Under the pieces are notes generated by a model, which had not been told where the DNA came from, did not search any database, and worked only from the letters and a program-made list of their open reading frames with translations. From positions 558,001 through 622,000 of the forward strand of contig NW_002060948.1 of the NCBI RefSeq assembly GCF_000150275.1: a stretch of DNA of 64,000 nt. Reading direction: 5' to 3'. The translations under genes and the position numbers were made by a program. The stretch is from Trichoplax adhaerens. Its lineage: Eukaryota; Animalia; Placozoa. Shown piece after piece: positions 52,622 to 64,000 of the stretch (its first letter is position 1; every line of letters starts with the position of its first letter).

Positions 52622-55600
52622 ATGGCCCAATTCCAATCAGCTATGTCTACATCTGAAGCTTGGAACAATTATTTATCCTGTCAATCCGATCAGGTTAGTG
52701 AAAATATCGCTTCAATAATGTTTTTCATTGAAGCAAAGTGATTATTATAAACAACATCACTGGTCAGTATGGTGATGTTGACATTCTGAGTAGCCATACC
52801 TTACCAAGGGAGATTTTCTCTTCAACTACTTGACATGCTTTTCATTTATATTCCTGATCCATGAATGTCGAAAAAACGCGTACAAAATACTCTTTTTGAC
52901 GTCAATATATTTGACACTGCATATAGTATTGTTGAATACAGTAGGGACTTGATTCTTTGCTCACTTGTCGACTTCAAACGAAGGAGTAACCATTGGCCAA
53001 TGGCGTACAATAGAAAGAGGGCTATTCCTCAGAATGACTCTGACTACACTAATTGGTTTTACTCTAGATGAGTGTCGACAGATTTGTTCAAGTGATATAC
53101 AAAGGTGTACCGCAAATTAATAGTCATGATCTACATATCTGTAAATTTCTCTGCATAACCATGTCATATACTGGCATTTTATGCATAAAATTATAATGAA
53201 TGAGTAGTGTAATCTATCATGGACAACACTGATAGCGGACACATGAAGCGATTGAGCCTAAGGTCACTGGGGCAATAATTATTATTATTTCCTATCAATT
53301 TCCTATTGGTCAGCTCTTTCTAATTGTGATGTTGAACATATTATCTTATTAGCATAGTATATAGTCTAGAGAAGAGCAATGTAATATCTTGGTCTAGGAG
53401 AATATTTGTAATGGAAAAGCTATTTTATGACCTTGAAATAGGAGAAGAAGACATCACTCATCAATTTTCTCTTACTTTATCTACGCCATGATGAAGATTG
53501 CAAATTGGAACAATTTTGGTAAGGCAACAATAGCTTTCTATTACATTTTGAAATGCTAAACTTGAACTGTTTATGAAAATCGGATTATAGTAATTAATTT
53601 ATAATTGTTTACCATAATTTCTACTTAGTCGTACAATGGTAGCATCATATTAATTAAATTAATGGTGCTGTACTGTACATATACTGTACTTCCTATACGA
53701 CGATTGATTAATTTCTTTATACATTCGATCAATACTGAATTCATTTCGTTGCCAGCTACTTTAAACAAGGCCAATCCTATTTTATTTTTGTAGTCTTAAA
53801 AAAATATAACATCCAAATAAGTATCAGGGACGCTTGTTCTGTGAGCAGTCCCTGATGGTATTAACAATTTGAAGCATTAGTATATGGTGGAGGTTATAAA
53901 ATGGATAAAGAACTAACGATGCCCAAAGTATCGCAGAAGTTAACGTTATTAACATAGGAAAGTCGCCGTAGATAATGAGCCCCTTAGTAAAGTACAGTAA
54001 TATGGATTTTTTTATGGTACAGTTACTATAGTAGATGGCCTTGCAGTCGATATTCTCTTCTTTTGCTTTTTGGCATTGAATTTACTGATTTTACCGTAAC
54101 GTTTAGACAATATCTTGCATAGCAGTCATATGCAATTTACGTTTGACACCAAAGTCGCTTACGGTTGATTCTTTTTGACTCTTCAAAAAGAGAAAAATAA
54201 TCGTGTGGTAAATTATTACATTACTGATTAATTCTGCATGTTATGGACCACAATTGCACAAATGGTTATATATGTCTGGCGATGATAAAAGTATTTGTAT
54301 CAGTCAGTAGTACAATAAATACTGTAGACCTAAAATACAGTAGTAGACACTGTAGAAATGGTTAGTTAGAGCGTATTTATGCGAGTATATATTGTATCAT
54401 GTTCTTTGTACAGCTAAGAATATATTAATTCCTGTACACGTTAAGCGAGATCTTAATATTTAATTTTATTGTATGACTTCTCTGTAGAAGACAATATCAA
54501 TATACAATGCTTAAATCATTATGGACGTTAAATGAAAATTTTAATAATATACATGTTTAAATTTATAGCCTTGGGGGTGCTGATATTCGCGTCTTGATTT
54601 TTAATTACGTCTTCTTCTATTATATACGCATAGCGATCCAATCAGTGCAAAGAATCTTTTGGTTAAAGAATTTATTATAGAGGTTAATGGTTGCATTAGT
54701 CAGCCAGGCGATGAAGGTCATCGACAATTTATGAAGTTTCTCTTGGAAGGTCGGGCCGCATCGTTGTTAATCGCGATCAGTATTATGTTAAGCAAGGTAT
54801 AGCTTGTACTAGCTATTGTTAATAGCATACTATTGTTATTAAATCTATCTTCGTTGAATATCATAATCAACTCTAGACTGTAGATTAATGATTAAGTAAA
54901 GTTCGATGGTAATTGGCAGTATGATTTACAGTATATGGTAGTACTATAATAATAAATCTAGTATGACAAATGCTATTCATAACTGTGGGTACAGTATTAC
55001 CTATTGAGTGTACCGTACTAGTATATCACCTTAGCAAAATAATGTCCAGTTGATTCCAAATTAAGTAAGCTTGTTACGGTATTAAGATAAGGTATTTAAT
55101 TTTTTATTATTGTTAAAATATCGCAGGACGCGGCTATCAATATCGAATTCTATACTTTTCTAGCTCATATGGTGCCACAACTATGCATAACTGTACCTGA
55201 TTTAACCTCGTCTATTGGTACGTAGAATTGAAAATTTTTAAATGCAATGCTTAATACATAATACTAATTTTCTATCTAAACTTTACAAACGACTTTTCTC
55301 ATAGATTTATTAAATTGGATACCTGATACAGAAAAAAGTTTTATATCTATTAATTCAAATGCTTCATTTATTAGCAAGCTAACTAAACAGGCTCAAGGGC
55401 TGTTTTATCAACGATACTCAACCAAATTTACGATACGAAATAGTTCTGTATCTTTTGTAATCGATAACAATCAACGCTTCCACTTACTGGAAGTGTGTCT
55501 CATCGTCTTTTCTGTTCTATCACAGCTAGGAATGATTGCAGTTAGTAGTGAACCTCATCAACTGGGCAGATTCTTAGTTGGACTGTGTGATGTCAATCTA

Positions 55601-58600
55601 AAAATCATCAATGATTTGCGATTACCCTCATTAACTCTATCTTACAGTCATACTGTAACGCATCTCTTTAGTTACCGATTATGTCTACGTGTGATATATT
55701 CTTTAAGTTCTAGTGTATGGTCTTTAGCGCCGCCAGCTACTGATGAAATTAATATTTTAAAAGACATTATCAATTTTGCGAAATTATTGGTCAGCGGACT
55801 TAATGAAAACAGACACATTTTACCTGAGCAGCCGGATTATGCCGTGCACCTAAGCTTAGCTTTAGCGGAAATTGTACGTGGCATGTTAAACCTTACAAAT
55901 CATTTCATGTCACTTAATATGAAGCGACAGGATAATGCATTCAGTAAATGCATATTTAAGCTACTGATTGAAAATGAATTTTTTCAACTATTTAGTCAAT
56001 CGTTTAGTTGTATAGATAATGTCCATAGAACATGTCTTTCAAATAGAGATGACACAAAAATTCTACAACAATTCTTCGACGCTAAATCGTTAGAGACACA
56101 CCTCATCCGGGCCGTAAATACTTTAAAGATAACGGTGAAATCGGTAAATGTGAGACCTAACGCATTCCTGCAGAAAAAAATTGCGAAAGATTCCCTTAAA
56201 AGCATGAAGAATTTATCAAAATCAAGAGATAAATTATCAATATACAATCTAGGAGACGAAGAAACTAAAAATTATTTTATTACCGAATTAATTAGTTCAA
56301 CTTTGCTACATGCATTTTGTGAATGTCAGCATGATGATCTTTTATGCTATATTATATCTGCTATTATGGATTGCAAAGTGGCCTTTTATGTTTCACTTGA
56401 TGAACTTTACAAATGCCTGCTTGACAAATTTTCTACAAGGTCATTGCGAGGCCAGACTAACATCCTGAATCTATTAAATTTTACATTACTTATTGAATGG
56501 GATGCTATTAATAAACACGCACCGTATAATGAGGACTCAGTTCATACAAATCTTGAAAGCGGTTCTATTGAAGATCGGACTAGTTTGATAACGGATGGAT
56601 TTCAGTATCATGTACCAGCTGTAAGCTATTACAAGAATCTTTTGTACATTCTGAAAGATGATTCACTAAAGCTATTACTAAAACATTTAGCGAACCTACT
56701 GTCGCACGGTTCGGAGAGTCTAAAAGTTAGTATTCTTCAGGAAATTCTGCTTCCTGTCTTTCAACAAGATGTTACTGCAGTATCGGGTAATGACCACAAA
56801 TTGGTTGTACTGGAGTGTTTAAAATTGGTTCCTCTATGTTTATATAACAGTAAAGGAATCCAAGAAAGATTTATTTGTTTGGAACAATTTTATAAAATTC
56901 TTGGCTTTGTCGACGATACTGAATTATGCGAATCTTGTTGGATGATTTTAGAATTTTTATGCTTGAGTAAAGAATTTAACAATTCAGATCCTCGTGTATT
57001 AAACGACATAGAGAAATGTAAAGTTATAAGTGTAATGATTGGAAAGATTGATGATTCGTTTGTTAAGTGTATACCTTTACAACTATTACAGTCAATCGAT
57101 AATCAGATCACTTTACAGGATCGAGGTGTTAATGTTGCGGAAGATTTGTTAAATAGGAGAATAAATAATGAAGATGTTATATTATTAGCAGCCCTGTGGA
57201 ATTCATACTGGAAACTATATCGAAGCTGCCCTAAATTCCGGGAAATGTTTACAACTTTTAAATTAACAGGTATAGCGTGTAAATGTTTAGGTTATGTTCT
57301 TGCATGTATAAGAAAGAACATAGTAAGGAAAGAGTCAGATGTTGTTAGTGGAACTGAGAAAGGATATGACCAAGTGAATACTCCTTTACAGCAAGAATCC
57401 GAATCAAGTATCAGGGAAGCTGATACAGTTTCATCAATTGATGACGGTATGATATTTTTAAAGCATTAGCTAGAATTTCGCTAAAATTTGACCTTATAAA
57501 TCTTTCTTATTTTACCTACCTAGAGCTTAGATCATATAGCTTAAATGATACTGCATCTCAATATACGGCTACTCACACACGAAAGTCACAAACTTTTGAT
57601 CAAAGACCATCTACGACATCGGATATCAATTGGAAAGAATGGCTGTTATTCGATAATGTTATAGATTGTGACGTGGGACTATGGGAACTTTCAGATCCAT
57701 ATTTTAAAAATCAAGTGAACTTGATTTTAAACTTAATGACTCCATTATTGGGTATAACTATAGATTGCAAGTTTTTCGATCAAATGCTTCTGGATCAAGT
57801 AAGATTACTGAAATAATAACTTTAAATTATTTTTTGGTATGGTCAAAGACAACTAGTACTACTGTATATTTCAATTTTTATTACTTAGAAAATTTTCTAT
57901 AATTTAGGAATCTTCCGCACTTGATTCTATCATGCAAGAAATTTTGCCTCTATTTTATCAGCTATCTTCATTGGATATCGAATTGGACCCTGATATCTCT
58001 TACATTATGTTACAAATTTCTGTAAATCGAAATTCTGTTGTCAAATGTTACAGCCAACAGGAGATGATAAAGCAATTAGCTTCAGAGGTACCTAATTATT
58101 CTTGAAGATTGCTAGGAATGTTTTCAGTGTACTTTACTGTATTTAAATGAAATATAAATGTTCAATACTTAATTTTTATGATTAATTCAGATATATTTTT
58201 TGTAGTTTCAATTGGATTCTAGGGATTTATTTCACCTTGATGCTGTGCCTTCTGCACCAAAGATGAGCTATACAGATGATGATTACGAAGCTGATGTTGA
58301 ATTTGAAACAGAAGACTACTGTACCACAGATGCTAGTGCGGCGGGAGATAATGATGAAGGTGCGATGAAAGTAAATTACTTTCTGTACTTATACATTAAA
58401 TTTATGAGGAGTTAAATTTGGATATTTGTGATGATCTTTCATTTACGTAGCAGCTGAGATCACATATATTTCGCAAGAATATGATGAATTATCACTTAAC
58501 GAGCGACTGGTTCCTATTGTTATGCATCCTGATATTACAATGAGTGCCGTAAAAATACTAGCTTACAGAACTAACTTGATGCTATGCCAACATAGGTATT

Positions 58601-61600
58601 TATGTCTTAATACAGTTTTTCTAGATGGTCTTACGGTCTAAATTTAATCCGACTATGTAATGTTATCCATAGAAAGCTCTTACATCGTTCCATTGAAACA
58701 TTATTAATGATATGCAATGCCAACGAAGAAAATAAGTTAATATTATGCGAAATGGTAATTATTATTTTAAGTGTTAACGAAATTTCATAATTATAATCTT
58801 ATTTCTCATATTTGAAAACTCAATATTCTCCAAGGGATTAATCAAGGTAGTGCTTAATAAATATTATTGCATTCTGTCCATGGGGGAACCGTTTGAAGGT
58901 TAGTTGCTTATAATATTAATAGTTAAATATACCTTTTACAATAAATTTCGCTAACAATTGGAATTTATGGTTTTATATTTATTAACTTTGAAAACATTTG
59001 CCTTATTGCAAGACGTGCAACAATCATTATATAAATTGCTTTCAATGTTGGCAAGTTACTCTATTTCTACTACTGAACTGAGAACAATGTTTTATTTAAT
59101 GCAAAACAGTAAATATTCTGAGGTAAAAATTTTCGGTATATTTTATTTGCTAAGTGATTATTTCAATGTACAATAACACTTTTCTTGTTGATATTCTTTC
59201 AGAAACATGTTGTTGAAGCGCTTCACCTAGCGGTTTCCTCATTCCAAAGTAGACCGTTACATTTTCTATCTTTTCCATTTATTAACAAAGATACTGTCTT
59301 GCACGTTGAAGAACGAGATAAAGATGTTGAGTAAGTTGCAGAAATTCTTGTTCAGTTGTGAAAAATAAATATTTGATTTAGTTAATAATTATAGAAATAG
59401 ATAATCTTCTTCTTCAAAACTTTAAGATGTTTATTACCTTGGAATTTGGCTCCAGTGCAAATGCCGCTAGAAGGCCAATTTGTCTGGCCTAACACCAGCG
59501 GAGGATTTACTATAACGCTGTGGATAAAAACTAATTATCGCCAAGTTGAATTATTTACGGGGAATTCTTATAAACCGAAAGGCATGTCGTTTGAAAATTT
59601 TAATTTCAAAAATTTCCATATTCTTTCGATTGGATCACCAAAGGCATTATTTGAGGTTTGGACATGGAATAAATCCTTGACTTTGAGGTAATAGTGGCGA
59701 TATTGTTCTGTACCAGATCCTACTCTAGTACTTTTACTGGATACTAAAGATTCATCACTATAAATGCAACAATTTTTTGACATTTTTAGATGGACTATTA
59801 GTGATACAACATATGAAGTTCGAAAAACTGTGGAAGAATATCATCTTGATAATGTGCTACGCGTTGGTGAATGGCAGCAATTTACGATCGCTTATTCAAT
59901 CAATGAAGAAATATTCAATCAAGGATGGGTTTGTAATAATTTCTATACATAGAGGTCAAGACAATATTGCAACTACAATGATATTGCTTATAATCAATAG
60001 ATTAGATGCTGGGAAAATGGCGTTTTTTTGAAGAAAGTCCCTTTTATGATTCCTGAAATAAAGAAATCCACACTTTGTAATTTATTAACTATATATATTG
60101 GCCATACAACTTTTAAAGAGATTTATTGTCGCCTTTTTGTTCCCGCTTTCAATCTTGGAAATGTACTCCTATTTTACGGTTTGTATAGATATGCACTCAT
60201 ACAGTATATAGGTGAAAATTTTTTGAGTTCTAATCTAATCTGATATTAAAAAATCTTTGACTTTAAAACAGATAAAGCCCTAAGCCATGAGGAAGTCCTG
60301 CATCTCTATGCTATGGGACCAGATAGTATGCATATCTTTAATGAAAATATCTCACAAAAAATTTCCGACACGGCTTCTTTTGAAAAGTTTCGGCGTAAGC
60401 AAACTTCGTCATCTAAAAAGTACTACAATATGGACAAATCCGATGATAAAAATTTGCCGTCCGATAATTGGGCATCTATTTGGTATTCTAAAGCATTGAA
60501 TTCTAAGACTCTTAAAAATTCAGAAGTTCAGTTATCCGATTATTTTCTTGGTTCCAAGTATGTCTCATCAACGTCTCTACAGGTAAAGTATATATTAGGT
60601 ACATAATATTCACTGACTACTGTATTGGATCTAAATTACGTTTCTAAATATATACTCTTGTATTTACTTCATAGGAATGCCTTTTAGCAGCTTTTTATCC
60701 TCGCAATTTGCATTATTTTAGCCAATATTTGTTGCCCAAAGTCGATAGTGGTAGTGCAAGGTCTCCTGTAATATTAGAGAAGAGAGATCAAATTCAAAAG
60801 CCCATTTCCTTAACAATAGCTGGGCGTGAGTCATGGCTGCCAACTTTTTACGCGGCTATTTACCCATTAGGAGGTCTCTCAACATTATTGTACATGTTTG
60901 CTGATGTAAGTGCCAAGCTATGCTAAATTTTCAATGATGATCTAAAAATAAATTCTTTTGCTTAATAATTGCTATTGCAAACGTAATTTACTTAGGCTGT
61001 CGAGAGGGATCTTAAAGATGATATTCTTGCATCAGTCTTATCATTGCTCTTTGGTGCATGCAGAAGTGATTTCTATTTTGCTAATGAAATGATGGAGAGA
61101 AATGGCTACTTATTATTACAGAGAGTATTCTTAACAATGAAAGGGATAAGCTATAAAATTTTGAAGGTGACATTTATCCGAATCTTATGTGTAAATCCTT
61201 TATATACATTTACATATAACTAATATTTTTACTGTAATTTTTTAATTATAGGTCGTACTAAATGCTGCTTGTTCAGAGACTTTTCTTGAAGGGACTTCTG
61301 TAAATGATTATCAGATTATTGCCGGTAATGCAGCATTGATTCGGGACGTCCACTTGATACATTACTTACTCTTGGAGTGTGAAATTTGGCTCCAAAGTAA
61401 TATCGTCGTATGGGAAATTTTTATGCGGAGTCTTATTGCATTGGTATCAACCCGGAATCCACATCAATGGTTTAATATTCAAAGACTCAAACAAGCTAAA
61501 CTTATTGAATTATTTTTCTTAACTATTCAAGTAAGTTTACATGCAAAGGCGGTATAATGTATACAAACAACTAGATCTGAAAATACCCACTAGTAGATAA

Positions 61601-64000
61601 CAGATGACACTGAAGCAAGGTATTTTCGATATTTTAATTTTAAGGAACAACAGCAGGATGGTTTCACTCAGATTCCAGCCGTAATCATTGAACATTATGT
61701 TACAGTGATTGACTATATGTTGGGATCTCCCCCTGATACCTACTTTATTGAGGGCATCTTTGACTTTTTACTTGCTGTTCATCCGTTCATAGACGCAAGA
61801 GTGAAAACACATAGGACTGAGTCTTATTACTGTGATCTAGGTAACAAGAGTTTTAGTATTGCTGTGGTTATTGACTTTCCCAAGCATGTAGTGAGCAAAA
61901 CTCTTGTCTTAAAATTACATAGGACCATTATATGCTACTACAAGAGTAAAAGTACAAGGGAGACATAAGATTAGGAGTAAATCATTCAATGAGTCAGGTG
62001 ATAGGGATGTATCTTCGCTTCACAGAACTTTCTCCGACCCATTTTTGAATCATTTTATTACTGAGGAGTTCAAGAATCTTAGGGATAACTATTCAAGGGT
62101 AAGTATTTCTGTTATTAATGTATCTAAATACTGTAATACCGTAACTGAAGTATGGTAAATTTCAATTTACAATAATTAAGAGCGTCGTTGGAGATATCAA
62201 GTTTAATGTGAACGGTGAGGGTAAATTAGCCAATACCAGCTATAATGACGAAGATCTCAATATCAGACAATCTTCTTACGGCGAATGGTAATATCAGATT
62301 CGTGAATTTTTATTATTCATTCATTAAACTTAGCTATATATGGTATTTTGTGATTGTTAGTGGGAAAGCAAGTGAATTTAAAGATGATGATGCTCTGGTT
62401 TCGCTCAAGTTATCATTACTCCAAATCATGGATGGAGTTCTTTTAAATCTACCTGATGCTCGTTTGGAAAGCATACTAGGTCAAATGATTCATTTTGATA
62501 CCCTATTAATACTTGCCAATACTCCATCATTGGATATTAGAACGGCTATCGTTAAGGTAATTGTAGAAGTTGATAAACAAGTTGACGTTATATAGCTGTT
62601 ACTAACGATGAAGATACAATGTATTTTCGTTTTACTCTTTATTGGCGGCTAATATGTGGGTTTCTTAATTTTATCTACAACTTGCTTCCTAAGTTATTAT
62701 ACCGCTATTTTGAACGATCAAATGAGAAAGAACTTCTAAATTTTAACGTTATTCATGGTTTCCATTTGTTAGCCAGACAGGTTCGTAATGTAAAGGATAG
62801 CCATTTCTTTCTTTCTTTCCAAAACGCTTTTGTTTATGCTGTAATTCTATAACTGTACGATAACAACGTATTGTAATCTAACGTTTATAGCTTTATGGAA
62901 AGGATCCAGACTTTCCACTTGTGAATGGCTGTTTTTCAATCCTGTTAAACTCTCCGGTTGATATTCAGCAACGAAGGTTATTAGCTAATGTCTATAATTT
63001 GTAGGTTGCAAATACTGCTTCGTTGTATTTTTATTAATGATGATACAAATATAATTGCATCAGGTCTCTTCCAATATTTAACACATCCCAAAAAGCGAGG
63101 TGCCTGGCAGTTGTACCGATTTTATCATTACTTGAGAACTGTTTTGTTTATCCTTCCCTCTTGATTGCTACATTAACGTTCATGAATGATGTTAGTAGAT
63201 ATAGGAAGTTATTTTATCGTACTGTTGTTCCTATACCATCATTATATTACAGCAGCTAAAATTAAAGTTTATTTACGAACTTACCGTTTAGATATTCTCG
63301 GCATGGTCGGATTTAATTGAAGTAGCTATCGAAAATGGACTCACAATGACTTTATGCAAAGTAATTCGGTTATTAAATGTATATGACGAAAGCAAAAGGT
63401 AATGTAAACATAGCTGTAGTATTTATTGTAGCATCAATTAGATGCTTTTGTTAGAAATTTTAACTTTACTTTTGTACTTGTTTTAGTGAGATAACAAATT
63501 CAGAGTTTGAGTGTATTGGTCAGTGTGTATTGCGGTCGTTATTCATCGTCAGTCACTTCATTAGCAGGTAGTATATTCTTGTATTACAGTTCAAAATACA
63601 AATAATATTGATAGTAAACTTATTTTATTTGCATAATAAAGATTCCGTTCTTTGCTGTTTCAGCTCTAGTAACGATCACAGTATTCATTACCTCGAGGAT
63701 TTGGTAGCTTTATTGTGCAAATTGTATAAAGAAGAAAAAATTAGAGCGGGTAGATTGACCGAAGATATGGCTTAAATAAAAACCAATTATCTATGCAATG
63801 ATGACCTACTTCAATAGAATGAATTAATAATCATACATTTGATTTCTGATTATAGGGCGGAGATCGAATGCCGCTTTGTACATAAAATCGGTACGGTACT
63901 TTGTTTTAAAGTGCGCAGTTAAAAGTTTCTGGCATTGGGAACAGGAGGCACAAGAAAGTGATTTAAATTTAAAATGGATATCTGATGGTTTTGTTGATAT
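52622..64000 (+). CDS. LYST: Lysosomal trafficking regulator (BEACH family), 5' portion; continues off the right edge
   Basis: LLVKEFIIEVN..FLLEGRA.LL (LYST N-terminus), ConA-like WPNTSGGFTITLW..FHILSIGS..LFEVW, IRDVHLIHYLLLECEIW..VWE..HQWFNIQRL and LGSPPD..FLLAVHP. Large exon at ~55305-57446. The first two exons (52622-52693, ~53442-53518) are less certain. Confidence 0.9.

Noticed and set aside
1-64000. tRNA, rRNA, snRNA genes or autonomous transposons
   Set aside because: No cloverleaf with A/B boxes, no conserved rRNA/snRNA blocks and no transposase/RT ORF recognised by eye. Divergent RNAs could have been missed.

Overview
AT-rich, gene-dense, short-intron genomic DNA from an early-branching animal. 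The gene style and apparent lack of CpG depletion suggest a placozoan such as Trichoplax, which is an inference. Most genes are split into many short exons and are missed or fragmented by the ORF track, so they were reconstructed by hand. In order: EAPP (partial, -), symplekin (+), an orphan intronless 764-aa type-I membrane protein (-), DPY30 (-), SNX5/6 (+), CCDC175-like (+), intronless UBE2E-like (-), LRRC73 (+), cytoplasmic TrpRS (-), RSPH9 (+), a small X-box-preceded orphan (+), intronless STN1-like (-) and the 5' part of LYST (+). The best novelty candidate is the orphan membrane protein. It carries degenerate motifs resembling bacterial RTX/type-I-secretion proteins together with a eukaryotic signal peptide, furin site, stalk and TM helix, suggesting a domesticated horizontal transfer. 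Other notable items: GC-rich tandem arrays just upstream of SNX6 and LYST; a TACTGTACAGTA palindrome family at promoters; a duplicated DPY30 splice acceptor disabled (AG>GG) in the extra copies; four GC-AG introns; an RFX X-box ciliary gene cluster; an E2 lacking its conserved gateway Asp; and apparent deep microsynteny with human. All homology calls come from recalled sequence motifs, not database searches.
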